This document shows positions 17,466 through 34,694 of a stretch of 64,000 nucleotides of DNA, piece by piece. The first letter of the stretch is position 1. Every line of letters starts with the position of its first letter. Position numbers and translations under genes: made by a program. Source of the stretch: the human T2T-CHM13v2.0 reference genome, Homo sapiens; assembly GCF_009914755.1 (NCBI RefSeq), contig NC_060946.1. One strand, written 5' to 3'. The notes under the pieces are model-generated. The model saw only the letters and a list, made by a program, of their open reading frames with translations, was not told the origin of the DNA and did no database searches.

Positions 17466-18900
17466 TGCCACAACATTCTTGGTCAGCCTCAGCAAAATTA
17501 TACATCTTATATTCACATTCACATGACTTGCCATTGGTTTCACGTGGAAGGATACATGCCAGGAAACATGGTGTGCCAACAGGCTGATATCAAGCCCATG
17601 TCTTTAGTCAGAGTCCTCACAGTTGTCCACCCTTTATTCCAGGGCTTATTCTCTGAAACCTGCTCCCCAAGTGACAGCTCAGGTGCGTAAGATCACATGG
17701 GTGGTACAGGGCTACCTGGCTTAGAAGCCTATGTTCCAAATAGAAACTGGTATTTCTTTTGACAGTCCCATGGTCAAAGCTTTCAAAGGTCCCAACAAAG
17801 CACATACCTAGTTACAAAAATCAGTCTACTCAGGGAAACCCAAAATATAGTTTGCCTCTTGATTTTTTTTTCCAAATTAGTCCACCAAAAATTGACCATA
17901 GGATGTAAAACATTTCTAACAATATCAAAGTCTAATTGATTCAAGACTTCAAAAGTTGCAATTACTCTTCTTTAACTCTAGATGCCCCCATTGGTTTAGA
18001 ATTCATTCATGGCTCTCCCAATTTAGATAAAGATGACCAATTATGAGCCATTTTTATTAGTAGTCTGGTAACCCAACACAGATTTCCAGGTTTCCAAGGG
18101 AACAGAGCCAGAAAGTTAACCCAAGGTCATATTTATTCCTAGAAAACAGAAGGATTTTGTTAATCCTTTACTTTACTCATGCATGCACAGACTATGGAAT
18201 CCCTAAAAGACCTTCAACTTCATTGCCAAATTTTTAAGAGCTGTGACAAACCTAACGTCAAACAAAGACTGCTTTTATGGCAGCAGAACTGAATCACATC
18301 TATTTGCTGGACCTGTCACAGGCTTTCTTTGTGTTGTATCAACTGCTTCCTCATGTCTCAAGTCTTTGAAAGTATTACAACCCAAACACATTTCTAGTTG
18401 ATGCCCTAGACCGAGTTCATGCTCTAGATCAAGTATTTGGTTCATGCTCTTGACTATGTCAATAGAAACTGTGCCTTCAGCTCTACCATATTCTATTATG
18501 GCTCATGATTCTAGCTTCTTATCCACATAATGTGACATAGTGCAAAAATCTGAACTTACACTCCTAACCTGGACAAATGGTTGTCTTGTTGCTTCCTACT
18601 GCCAGTGCTAAAAGGAACAAATTATTTATCACACACACACGTAAAAGAGTTCATTCAACAAACATTTCCATATGAGGCAATCTTTTAGCTCTGAATATGC
18701 ATATATCATAGAGGCTAGTATATACATGTATATTACTTTTATCTAAGTTACCAATGTTTTTAGAGATAATGTTATGGATGAGAATCGTTGTGTATGTTCT
18801 TCCTGGTACTGAGATGCCACATTCCCTTCCCTTCCTTGATGCATATCTCTTTGCCCCCCCAACTTCTTGTCCCAAGATGCTATTTGGATCTTTCTGTTGA

Positions 18901-19035
<135 letters not shown>

Positions 19036-19257
19036 TGACCCAGAGCAGATCCTAAACCATAAAAGTTACTCCTACAACAACAAGACTTTACTGAAGTTCT
19101 TCCCTAAATAATTTTATCAGAGCTCAGATGTCTCCCCTCCAGGGCAGTGAGGAGTAGGGTGGGGATGAGATGGATAAGTGGGTTTGGGGAAGTTAACTCT
19201 GAGTTCAAGGGAAAGAAAGGGTACAGAATCATTCAAGCTCCCTCACCCCTCATATTT

Positions 19258-20548
<1,291 letters not shown>

Positions 20549-21972
20549 ACCCCTCATATTTGACAGCACTCAGTGAGTAAGTGTGGGTGAGGAATTTGCC
20601 ACCCTGCCTTGATTTGAGGAATGGCCAGGGATAAGAGAAGAGTTGGAGCTCTTCTGACATAGCCTGTGAACTGAGGGCAGATGGAACCAAAGCTATGGCC
20701 AGTTCTAGTGACATCAAGATGAGGGGATAGAAGCCCTTGGGATCTTATGTCATACTGGCTTACAATATCAAATGCAGAAAATCAAATTTCTCTCGAAGAC
20801 CAATGAAATAACGCTTAGTCAGTGCCCAGAGACTTATCCTGTAAGTTAATACTTTCTTCTACTTCAGTATTGCAACTTTTCCTCTCTATGTGGGAAACGT
20901 GCACACGTGGAGGATGGTTGTGGAGGTGTGTGGTGTGCAGAGCTATGGGGGCTCAAGGTCATATGTGCTTTACCTGGTGCTGGGCTGGAGGCCTCATATC
21001 ACTCCATCTGAAGGAGAGCACAGGTGTAGCTCAGAACAGATTCTCAATCTGGCCATCAGGAACATCATAGAATCCTACCTGGGGAAAGAGCCCTAGAGAT
21101 CATTTGGTCTTATCATCTCATTTTATAGACATGTAAATTGAGGCTTAGGGAGGGAGAGGCTGTGCCTAAGGTCTCAGCTTTGTTACAATCTGCTCTTGAT
21201 CTTCGAGTACCTTTCAATTCTAAAACTTGTGACTGCAAATACTGGAGAGAGCCTGGAGCCACAGCAGCTGGCCATGGTGCTGAAAACAGCCCCTTCCTGC
21301 CTCCCTGGGGCAGGCAGGCAGGAACATGCCCTCTACTTCTCCTACCTCCAAAAATGTCTCCACACTGTGTAAGAATATCATAGATTTTAAAGGGACATGG
21401 ATTAGGAGTATTTTGAGTGTCAAAAGATCTTATTGTGGAAGAAGAGATTATTTTTATGCCAGAAGGCAGACTTAACACTGGTGGGTGAAAAGAATTCATC
21501 CGATTTTAACTCAGAGTAAGGAGGCAAGATAGTGCAGAGATAGACTGTGAGATTTGGAATCAGGAAGAACTGGGATTTAATCATCATCAATTCTCTTCCT
21601 AATACTCTGGGAAAGTGATTCCATTGTTCTAAAGCTCAGATTCATCACATAAAAGTATTCTAAATGAAAACCCATGCCTCTTATGCTCTGCTGTAAGAAT
21701 TGTCTATATTTACCACCATCATGATTGCTTTGAAGGAAGAGTTTCTAATTGAGTTGGTCTGGACAGGGATGAGCAGTATGTGTACATCTGTCAAGGATTC
21801 TGTAGAGGGAACTTCCGTACTGGCTAGAGATTTGACTTGGTGACCTCTGAGGTTCATGGCAGCACTCAAATTCTGTTGTGTCTTCATGAACTTAGGGTGA
21901 AATCAGACTGAACATCCTACCCTATTAAAGCACAATAAACTAAGCTATCTTTAGGGATTTTACAGACCATGA

Positions 21973-22535
<563 letters not shown>

Positions 22536-23030
22536 GGCCATTCAACTTTTTATTGGCCCAGAAAGTCATGTATTTCTCACTTGAGGTCATCAGTGATCCT
22601 AGCTTATTACTCCTTCTTTCCCACTCTGCTATTTTGGTGGAGTGAGTCAAAGGGGAGAGGTGTGAGTGTGTGAGACAAAAGAGAGAATAGAAAGAGACCT
22701 ACACTTTTTGACATCTACTGTGTCAAGGGACATGGATTAGGAGTATTTTGAGTGTCAAAAGGTCTCATTGTGGTAGAGGCTCTACCACAATAAGAGAGGC
22801 TCTACCCCAATAAGAGCTAGAGGCTCTCTCATTAAATCATTAAATTCTTCATTAGTACAATGAAGAAGGTATTATTTATCCAATTCTTCTGATACATGAA
22901 GATAAGGGAGGTGAATTAACAAGACCATAAAGCCAGGTTTTGGTCCCAATTCTGACTCGTGTGAACTTGGTCACTGAGATTCTTTCCAGTTCTAAAATTC
23001 TGTGATGTTTTAAAGCTAAAATTCTGTGAT

Positions 23031-23320
23031 GCTGGCCATGGTGACCTACATCTGTAATCCCAACATTTTGGGAGGCCAAGGTGGGAGTATTGCTTGAGTC
23101 CAGGAGTTCAAGACAAGCCTGGGCAACATACTCAGATACTCTACAAAAAAAAATTTAACTGGACATGGTGGCATGCACCTTTAGTCCCAGCTTAGCTACT
23201 AAGGAGACCGAGGTGGGGGGGATCATTTGAGCCCAGGAGTTCACGGCTGCAGTGAGCTATGATTACCCCACTGCACTCCAGCCTGGGCAACAGAGCAAGA
23301 CTCTGTCTCTTAAAAAATAA
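23031..23320 (+). mobile_element. AluJ-type SINE
   Basis: J diagnostics (gagcccaggagttc...gctgcagtgagctatgat). Confidence 0.85.
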
Positions 23321-24079
23321 AGATAAAATTCAGTGACTTGTAAAAATGGGAAAGTGCTTTGCAGGGTCTGTGACTGTGGTGCTGAAAACACAGTGGGCTT
23401 GATCTCTTATCTAGTGAGTGCCAGAGTGGGCATTTGAAACCAGGTTTGTCTACCTCCAGGGCCACGCCTGGGCTCAGAGGAGGGAATCAGTTCCCTTGGT
23501 GGGTATTCAATTTGAGCATCAGGGCCAGGTGTGGACAGTTTGATTAAGCAGTGCTGATATGTGACATTAGATCCTAAGCCTGGGAAGTATTGCTCATTGC
23601 TGCGCCGCAACAGGAGCTGTTCAGACCAGTTCTTACCACCTGGCTGGGTCTGTTGTGAAGCCTTAGAATGGACAGATGTAACCAACGCACTCCTGAATCA
23701 TGCCAGCCAGACTGCTTTCTGGTGATGTAGTGAACAGATATGAGATTTTGTGTTTCAGAGTTGAGTTTTCCTTCCTATGGCACAATTCCCCAGCCTATTA
23801 TTAATGTGTCTTTATTATAAACTATTATTTGATCTGACTGTTCCAAATCAAAATGAATTTGCATTGGGCCTGATAGAGATAAAACTTAGACTAGCTGATC
23901 CTAAGGATGCAGATAGTAAGACCATTTTGTCATTAAGTTTGTTGGAACATTTTCTACCGTTTTCATTCCTTAAAACAAGAAAATATGGGGGAAATTTGGG
24001 GAAATTTCTCATTTTTGGGAAATTTCTGCAGAATAGCAGATGCTTCATGGTGTGGCTTCTCCCCTGAAAACTTTTCTAG

Positions 24080-24349
<270 letters not shown>

Positions 24350-25267
24350 GTCCTACCTTTTGCTGTAGATTTACCATGGCTGGACTCTTACTCACCTTCC
24401 TTTAGTCTCGTCCTGTGGTGTTGAAGGGAAATCAGCCAGTTGTAAATTTTGCCCAGGTGGATAAATGTGTACATGTGTAATTATAGGCTAGCTGGAAGAA
24501 AACCATTAGTTTGCTGTTAATTTATGCATTTGAAGCCAGTGTGATACAGCCATCTGTACCTACTGGAGCTGCAGAAGGGAAGTCCACTCAGTCACATCCA
24601 GAAAAAGGCAGACTAAGAATCAGAAGCCATGTGATTGATGTCTGACGTGAGTCTGTCTCAGGTAGATTCCGGGTGTCAGTGTGGTTTATAATCCTTGAAT
24701 ATTGTTTTAGAAACTTTGGTCTCCCTGGTTCCTGCCACTTTTCCTGTCCGTCCTCCTCCCCATTTTTTTTTTAAAAGAAAGCTGTTTTCCCCTCATCATA
24801 TCCCTCTTGAGTTTTGCCTGGACTTTCCCTCTCAAGTGTGTCAATCAGGTAAACTGAGGAATGCATGGAAGCTGAGGATGGAGCTTGATGGGCTCCCTGT
24901 CCTGGGTGTTTGCTCTCTGAAGTGGAGGCCTGAGGAAGGTAGTACTTCCACAAAAGGGAGGGACCCGGGCCCCAGCCTCAAGCTAGTGGGGGAGGCAGAT
25001 AGCCTGAATCCAGGGGATTTTCTGGGCTTCTTAAAATGTCCATTGTGAGTTCCCTGTGTTTGGGATTCCACTCATTTTGGCATTCACAGTGCCTGGAATG
25101 TCTTAGATTTTCAGCAATGCGTGTTGAATAAATGAATGACATAGGCATTTATTTTTAAATCTTTGCTTGCTTTTTACATGAGCCTGGCCCTTAGTTAACC
25201 TTTTCTTGTGGCTACACAAAGTATGCTCACTGGTTACTAATGACTTGGGATGCATTTGTCAAACTGA

Positions 25268-25646
25268 TTATATTAGTTTTCTAGGGATGCCATAACAAAG
25301 TAGCACAGACCAGATGGCTCAAGCAGCAGACATTTATTTTCTCACAGTTCTAGAGGCTAGAAGTTGGAGGCCAAGATGTCAGCAGGGTTGGTTTCTTCTG
25401 AGGCCTCTCTCCTTGGTTGCAGATGGTCATATCTCACTCTGTCTTCCGTGGCCTTCCTTTTGTCTGTGTCCTAAATCTACTCTTCTGATAAGGACATCAG
25501 TCATATTGGAATAGGACCCACCCTAATGTCTTCATTTTAATCACCTCTTTAAAGCCCCTACCTCCAAATACAGTCACACTGTGAGAAACTGAGGGTTAGG
25601 AAGTCAGCAAGTGAGTCTTGAAGAGATACTAAACAAACCCACAACA
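25268..25646 (-). mobile_element. MLT1-family MaLR solo LTR within the SLC5A1 3' UTR
   Basis: tattagttttctagggatgccataacaaag...acatttattttctcacagttctagaggct, typical antisense MLT1 sequence. Confidence 0.75.
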
Positions 25647-26774
25647 CAGATAAAGTATGCATTTTGGAGATTTCCAAGCCAGAGTCTCCCGTGAAAAAGG
25701 TAAACGGAAGCAGTTATTGTGCAGCAAAAGGAAAAAGAATTACAAACTGAACGTATGTAGGTGAGGCAAGGCAGGGTAGGGCAGGGCCTTTGGGTAGGCT
25801 GATCAGAGGGTTTTTCAACAATAAATCAATGGGAATGCATTTGTTGCTCCCAGGACCCTGGCACCTTGACTCTGGTACTATAGCATGTCAGCAAATACAA
25901 GCAAAGCCCAACACTCTGATTTGCATTTATGCCAATCTAAACTATCCGGTGTTTAGTTTGATTTTTTGAGTGCAGGTTCATTCAAGGACCAGGTTCCCTT
26001 GTGCTCAGGGTGAAGTAGAACCAGAAAACATCGTTATCCATTCCCAGAAGTTTTGGAAGAGCCTTGGTAGAAAAGCAGAAGCTGCTTTGACCGTGAAAAT
26101 ATTTGACTCCTATCAGTTTTTGGTCAGGAGAAGATATCCACCTAGACCAACCCGAGGAGAAGGCTCAGAGTACAGATATACCCCGAGCAACGTGATCAAT
26201 GTCCTTGAACCTTCATTTTTCATCTGAAAACAGAGACATAAATGCCTGGCTCACAGATTTAAATGTTATACATTGACAGCATTTATCAGTATAACATTTA
26301 TTTAAATAAGTAGGTGCTCAATAGGTGTTGGTCTTCTAACTTGTCTACATCCCATCCCCATTCCAGGGTCTTCAGAATTGAAGGAGAGATGTTGTATCAC
26401 TGTTAGAAGGCTGCTTTGGGACATTCTGCAGCAGGGAGGAGGGACTGTCAACCCCTACACCATGACCACCAAGTTCCTCACCTTGGCTGAGTCCCTAAAA
26501 CTCTCTGAACCTCAGGTTCCTCCAAGCATAATGCAGACTTCACAGAGCTGTTGTAAAGATTAGGTGAGGTCAATTGATACTGCTTAAAAGGCCTGGTCCG
26601 TAGAAGATGCCCAATAAACATTACTGCTTTCCCCCTCACCCTACTGCCTGAAAAAATATTACACCTGTGAGACTGACTTTGAGAACCAGTGTGGGTGGGG
26701 AGTTGTGCATATAAACTATTTAATGAGTACCAAACACAAAAGTCAAGCTTGTAAAATATCAGGCCTTGCCCCAG

Positions 26775-27165
26775 AAAGACAAATACCACATGATCTCACT
26801 GATATGTAGAATCTTAAAAAGTCAAACTCAGAAGCAGAGAGTAGAATGATGGTTATCAAGGGCTGGGGGAGGGAGGGACTGGGGAGATGTTGGTCAAATG
26901 ATACAAAGGTTTAGTTAGGTGGAATAAGTTCAGAAAATCAATTGTACAATGTATCAATTATAGTTAATAGCAATATAACATATACTTGAAAATTGCTGAG
27001 AGTAGTGTGAGTGTTCTACCACAAAAAAATATGTGCAGTAATAGATGTTAATTACCTTAATTTAGTCATTTCACAATATGTACATATATAAAAATATGTT
27101 GTATGCCATGAGTATATATAATTATTATTTGTGAATTTAAAAAATAAAAATAATTTCCAAAAAAA
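26775..27165 (+). mobile_element. Old L1 3' end carrying the distal AATAAA
   Basis: Homologous to the L1 3' end at 1150-1540 (agaagcagagagtagaat...ggttatcaaggg). Confidence 0.8.
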
Positions 27166-27415
27166 GTGACAGGCACTGGACACGTAGAGGAGGGGCCAGA
27201 ATTAAGCAGATGGGCCCTAAAAGTCAATGGGGTCAGATTTTTCTTTCCCTGGGTGCTGTAATGTACCTCAGCCATACCTACACACCTTTGATTTCAGAAA
27301 AGGCTTTCGGTCCTAACACAGCTCTACAAATCTCAAAGGAGGAACTGGGGAAAAGGTTTCTCCATTCTTCCAGTGTTGGTGAGGAAATGAAGCCCCTTTA
27401 GAAGTTAACTCTAAA

Positions 27416-27609
27416 TAGTGGTTTTCAAAATGTGATCTTCAGACCAGCAGCCGCAAAATCATCTGGGAACTTGTTAGAAACGCACGTTCTCAGGCCCTAT
27501 TCCAGACCTACAAAATCAGAAATGTCAGGGGAGGGGGTGCATCCCAAAAATCTGTGTTTCAACAAGCCCTCCAGGGGTTCTGATGCAAACTATAGCTGGA
27601 GAATCACTA
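27416..27609. mobile_element. MER5A-like hAT-Charlie non-autonomous DNA transposon
   Basis: Degenerate terminal inverted repeats (tagtggttttcaaa...ggagaatcacta); ~190 bp; typical internal sequence. Confidence 0.75.
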
Positions 27610-28402
27610 CTCTAAGCAGCCCTTGGTCTGGTTCTGAACTGCATGTGCGTGAGCTGCCAGCACTCTTGTGTGAAGAAGGTCCCTTTATCAGATGGGTTTT
27701 TGCTACCAGTTTTCCAAGCATGGGATACATGGTATTAAATTGCCTGTTCTTTCACTGAGTGGCTCTCAGGACTTCAAAAGCTGGCTGGGTTAAGGATGCA
27801 ACATGGGGCTCTGGGGCTGAATTGTACTTACCTGAGTCCCTTGGAGCCAGTCACACAACACCGGCCCCACTGACCTCATCCACACCTCCCTAATCCCATC
27901 CCCACCAAACTACCAAGACAATGCCACCTCACTGAAACAACTTCATCCATCAAATTACAATTTGGAGGTTAGGTGAGATTTTCTTTGGACAGGATAGGAA
28001 GGATGTTAAGAAACCCCTTTCATCCAGGCAAGCTCACTTATGCTTTTCTCTCGAGGTTCACTTTTGTGAAGAAGGACAAGAAAACACAAGCTGCAGCACC
28101 TCTTTTAGAAGATGGTGACTTCAGCACTAGGTAAGAGTGCGTTCCAGTGAGTTCCAAAGAAGGAATGTCACTGAGGGAACAGCAATGCCGGGCACAGCTA
28201 CACACAAGCAAAGTAGTGCTCTCAGGTAGGTCAAAGGCCCCAGGACCAACTTCACTCTGTAGGGACAGAGGCCAGGCTTTGCATTTTGAAAGATTCCTTT
28301 TGAAATAGGCATCTATATTTAAAGAAGTTTTTTCTGCCTGATAAGGCATGATTTTTCAGTTCTATAAATTGAGGACAGATAGGCAGTCATTCAACCCCAT
28401 AG

Positions 28403-28718
<316 letters not shown>

Positions 28719-29899
28719 TAGAATACCATCTTCAATTTGGGGAAATGAATAGTGCCCCTGAAATTATTGTAGCATAATTTATCATTTGCTCACCCTAAGT
28801 AGCTCAGTCTATTCTAACGGGGCTTTGTACAGGCAGAGTTACTCACCTCATGTTTACTAGTGGCTCTGCAGTTGAAATAATCTCTAAACTTACCTATATT
28901 TTAAAAATTGTTCAAGTTGCTAGATCCAATTATCAACTATCCTGGCCTCCTGCTTCCTGACCCATATCTTGTGCCAACTAAGCTCACCATAGATATATTT
29001 AGTATTTGTCCAGAATCTCTGGAGAACAGGGAATCAGGATGTTATGGGGTTTTAATGTTTTTATTTTTATCAAAGGAATACATTTTAATTTGTGGGACTA
29101 TAATGCAGGTTAATATAGCATCTGTATGGCATCTTTTGCATATGTAGCTCCCATCCCGTTTTCAAAGTGTCCTCATCACAACGACAGGAGGTAGGTAGAT
29201 GCTACAAGCACCAAGGTCCTCATTTTTCAAAAAAACAAAATACACAGTTGAGACTAAATAATTTGCCAAAATATACACAGCAAATCACTGGCAAAACCAG
29301 AAACCGAATCCAGGACAGTCTAGACATTTTCCACTGTCCACCCATCCAGTGGCTTTTCTTCCTTTCCCTTTAGCCTCTCAAAACTCAAAACATAACACAA
29401 GCTTCATGTCAGATCCAGTCCTCTAGGGAACGCCAGCCAAGTGAAATTCTCCACTTTTCCCTCTCCTCTGCCTCGCTTCAGGAGACTGAGAAGGCACTAC
29501 AAATAGTGCTCTGTGGATTTCCTTCCTTCCATGAGAACAAGCCATCCCTTTACCTTTTGAACCATGTTTATACACAGGAACCACTCTCAGCTCCTTTCTA
29601 AGCTACCCTGAAACCAGTCAATACTAACATTATGATTTTTTCAGTGGGATTATATGACAACATAATTGGGATTTCACAGGTGTAATTAAAAGAATTAATT
29701 AAATTTAAATAAAAAGAATTTCCTCTTAAGAAAATGGTTCAACAAAAAATACACATCTGTCAGCTAGAAGTGTTAGGTGCTACCACTTGGAACCGAGATC
29801 ACCTACCCTAACCTTTGTCAAACTGATTAGATCCTGTTCTGTGTTTTCTTAAGATTCTTTATTTGTCTAGTTGGTATCAATTTATCACAAGGCCAATGA

Positions 29900-31020
29900 A
29901 CTATATGTTTATTATTTTCTGTATTCTTGATGCTCTGGTATTTGGGGGATCTTGCAGACTCAGGGAAAGACTGCTCTTCCCAGGGAGGTCAAAGCAGCTT
30001 CTGCTTTTCTACCTTACAGATAGCAAGGTCTGCTTTTCTATCTTACAGGTAGTAAAGAGCTTGCCTGGGAGCATGTCTTTCATATACAAACCAACCAATC
30101 CCAAGTCTATCACCCCAAATCCAACTTCCACACACTAAGCCAGTATTTCCTCTGCACTGAATAATCCTAGGGCCAGGCACCAGGCAACTAGAGACCAATT
30201 CAATAGCCCAAAGCCCATTGGAATTGTTCAAACTAGTCGATCCTAAACCATTTACTCTGCCCTGTTCTGCCTTTCCCAAGGAAACTCCAATTAAGGTGCT
30301 GGCCCATTCCTTTACTCCTTTCTGCCTCCTAATGACACCAGTGCTTTCCCTATGTCCCTGTGTGACATATGACTATCCCCTCTCTGGGATCTGAGAGTAT
30401 AATAAACTTCTTCCTTTCAGACCTTGTTCTCTCCTCCTGGGGCCATACCAACTTGACCATATCTTACCCAACATCTACATGCTTAGAACAAATCCCTTCC
30501 ACTTCCTATAGTTAGCTCAAAGGGCTGCAGGACACCATCAGGCTGTTGATCAGGAATTGCACCATCATTTCCTTAAAAGTCCATCCATCTCTTTCTCAAC
30601 CTTTCTTCTGGCCCCTTTACCTTCTCTTATTCTCTCTTTGTGCCCATTCATCTCCCCTCATTCCTTATTTCCTGGTCCAGTTATTTTATGGACCTCAGTG
30701 AACATACATCACCAGTCTCCATCTTCACTTTTCATCCCTTTCCTCCCCTATGCCCCAGAGCCCTCTGAAATTATTCAAACTAGCCAATCCTGCTTACCTT
30801 GCTTTATGCATTTCTTCCCACAAAACCATAATAAATGCTCTTGCCCATGTTTTTCTCCCATTCCCCTGCCTCCTGAGCAACCCTGGGGCTTCCCCATGTA
30901 GATTTTTGTGGTGTGGCATGCCCCTTTGCCTTGGGAACTGTTAAGTTACAAACTGTCTTTTCAATGGCAGTTGTCTTCTGATCTGTTGGCCTCACCATAC
31001 CTCAATAACGTAAAAACTGC
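29900..31020 (+). mobile_element. Two ERV1 LTR fragments (MER34/MER39-like), ~29900-30490 and ~30740-31020
   Basis: Mutually similar segments (gaa(t/a)ttg/attcaaactag...ccta/g) with aataaa; family assignment from recall. Confidence 0.45.
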
Positions 31021-31029
31021 ATTAAAAAA

Positions 31030-32915
31030 AGAAGTGGAGTTCTCTATGCTTCTGAAGTTAAGTTGATATCAATTTAAAAGAGATTGTGGTAACTTTAGGA
31101 TGTTAAATCTAATCCCCTTGGTCATCACAAAGGATATATCTAAAAATATACATAAAATGAAATGAGAAAATAAAAAGTTTACTATGAAAAATCAACTAAA
31201 CACAAAAGAAGGCAGTAATGGAGGAAATGAGACCAAAAAGGTATAAAATACAGAAAACAAATAGCAAAATGGCAGAAATAAGTTCTTTCTTATCAGTAAT
31301 TTGTTTGAATGTAAATGAATTACATCAAAAGGCAGAGATCATCAGAATGGGTAATAAAAACATGATTCAACTGTGTTATTCATGAAGCATTCACTTTAGA
31401 TCCAAAGACACAAATAGATCGAAAGTGCAGGGATGGAAAAAGAGACTCCATGATAACCAAAAGACAGTTGGGCAATATGAGAAAAAATCAGAAAACAAGA
31501 CCTGAAATAAAAACTGTTGAAAGAGGGCTGGGTGTGGTGGCTCATGCCTGTAATCCCAGCACTTTGGGAGCCCAAGGCGGGTGGATCATTTGAGGTCAGG
31601 AGCACATGTCCAGCATGGCCAACATGGTGAAACCCCATCTCTGCTAAAAATACAAAAATTAGGTGAGCATGGTGGTGGGCACCTGTAGTCCCAGCTACTG
31701 GGGAGGCTGAGGCAGGAGAATCACTTGAACCTGGGAGGTGGAGGCTGTAGTCAGCTGAGATCCACTCCAGCCTGAGTGACAAAGTGAGACTCCATCTCAA
31801 AAAAAACAAAACAAAACAAAAACTGCTAAAAGAAACAACAACATTATATGTTGATAAAAGGGTCAGTTCATTAAGATATAACAATTATAAACATATATTG
31901 ATAAAGATCCTCTCAAACAAACTTTAGTCAGGCTCCTCTGAGCCCTCTGTTTGACTAGGCCCAAGCTTTGGGCTTCTGTGTTCATCTTTGCATCACCCAG
32001 TTTTAGCAAGAATCCTGTCAAATTGATTTAGCCAGACTCCCCCACCCTCAATATCAGATCACCTTTGATATATGATCATCCTCCTCATCTCCCACCATTC
32101 TTCAGGTGATATCTGATTACTTTGGCCAGTCTTCAGCAAAAATCCTGTTTAGTTAGTTTAGCAAGCATCACCTTATGTGCTTAGTAATTTTCCATCTACT
32201 AATTCGCCAACCCTCTGTTCCATTTTTCCTTGTTGTAAAGTTGAACCCAATCTCTCTCCCCTACTGCAAAAACCCACTGCAGTAGTCCCTACACCTATTG
32301 CAAGAGTGACAGATAAGGTCTGCATTACTGTTTTAACAAGTGCCAGAATAACATTTTTTCTTATACAATATGCACCAAACAACAGAGCTTCAGAATACAT
32401 GAAGAAAATATTGACAGAATTGAATAGATGATGATAGAAGAGTTAGGTAATTCTATAATAATAGTTGGAGACTTCAATATACCACTTTCAGTAATGCACA
32501 GAACATCTAGAAAGGTCAAGAAGGAAATAAAGGACTTGAACAACATGATAAACCAAGTCTATCTAACAGACATTCAGAAGAGTCCACCCACCAACAGCAA
32601 AATGCACATTCTTCCCAAGTGCACATGGATATTCTCCAGGATTGACTATATGTTAGGACATAAAACAAGTCTCAATAAATTTTAAAAGATTGAAGTCATC
32701 AAATTATCTTTCCCAACCACCATGGAATGAAATTACAAATCAGTAATAGAAGAAAAAACTCAAAAATTCATAAATATATGGAAATTGAATAACATGCTCT
32801 TAAACGACCAATGTGTCAAAGAAATCACAAGGGAAATTAGAAAATACTTAGAGATGAATTAAAATGAAAATGTAACATACCAGAACTTAAGGGATGCAGC
32901 TTAGGAAGTGCTCAG
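31030..32915 (+). mobile_element. Old L1 (ORF2 endonuclease region) with nested Alu (31526-31825) and MER31-like LTR (31899-32367); abruptly truncated at 32915
   Basis: ORF 32428-32685 resembles L1 EN (IIVGDFNIPLS...[17 protein letters not shown]); LTR has TG...CA ends and a 4-bp atat TSD. Confidence 0.8.
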
Positions 32916-33031
32916 AGCACAGCTACTCAAGTATCTAAATATTTATACAACTATTTTTTTCCTCATCTTTAAAACAAAGATGGACCGATAATTTTTAAAA
33001 TACAACACACTGGGCAGGGCGAGGTGGCTCA

Positions 33032-33499
<468 letters not shown>

Positions 33500-34694
33500 C
33501 TAGAAAAAAGGAAAAAGAACAGGTAAGGGACTCAGGAGGCCTATTCTACCTGTTGTCCCCTCCCTGATACATGAAATTTGAAAAAGTCCAAGACTATCCC
33601 AACAGAAAACAAGCAAAAAGATACACAAATAGTCACCCCTCAAACTTTAATAATGACACAATGGTGCCACTCACGCCTGGCTCAGGCCCCAGAAGGAGGA
33701 GGGTGCCCTCAGAGAAGACTCCTCCTTGCCCTGGCTGCACGTCTACTGCTGCCACAGAGGTCCACAGTACAGCACCCGCAGCTTCCTACCCAGCCCAGGC
33801 TGGCCCTGCAGTGCTCCTACTCGCCTTCCCAGGCCCCAGACTTGCTACTGCTGCCACCACTAGCACCGATGCCAATACAACCACCACTGCTGCCGCCCTC
33901 AATGAACCGGCCCACCCTACAGGGCTCCCACCACCTGGCCACCGCTGCAGCACTGCCCTGGCCCTGGCAGCAGCCAGCCGCCCTCCTACCTCTCTGGCAC
34001 TCTGCAGTCTCCATCGCTGCCACCACGCCAACCACAGCGAGGCAAGCCGTGGTGTCCCTGGCTCCAGCCTCCAGCATGTGCAGGTGGCTACTCCTTCTCC
34101 TGGCACGGAGCAACTGGATGGGCAAAGCCAGAAAAGCCTAGAACAGGATGCAGAGTAGTAGTGTGAGAGACTTAGTCATGTTGGCCACTGGGTGGCAGGG
34201 GCTCTCAAACCCACCTTCCAAAGTCCAGTCTCTCCTTTTGGCCCAAGCTGGCCAGGAACTGGGGCCTGGGGTGGGGACTGGAGACACCATGGTACCCAGG
34301 CTTCCCACTCCACAGGAACCGCTGGGCTCAGCCGGGTTGTACTCCTTGGGGAGCAGGAGCAGCAGAAACTCAACCCCAGCCAGCCTTCCCCACTGAAGTG
34401 CCAGTTCCTGTTCCTGACACCTCCACCCAAAGGGCCCTGTTGCCCCATGGTATCAGCTACTGTATGCCTGGGGATCCCAGGTGGTCTCTGCTAAACAGAG
34501 TAAGAAGACGTGGATCCAGGAAGCACAGTGGGTCTAGGGCCCCTGCCATGCTCAGTATTCCCGCGGAAACACTGTGCGCCCGCCACACTTCAGCACAAAC
34601 AGGAGGAGGTGGCCGTCTAGAGTCTGGAGTCCGGGGAGAGGAGGACCGCTCCTCTCTTGGAGACCACCGCTGTCACTGACGTGTCCACCACCCA

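Larger units (their letters stand above)
24350..27165 (+). other. SLC5A1: SLC5A1 3' UTR (long form), candidate AATAAA signals at 25127, 25820, 26613 and 27143
   Basis: Follows the stop codon; hexamers seen directly. The distal end is inferred from the last AATAAA and the recalled ~5 kb mRNA. Confidence 0.65.
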
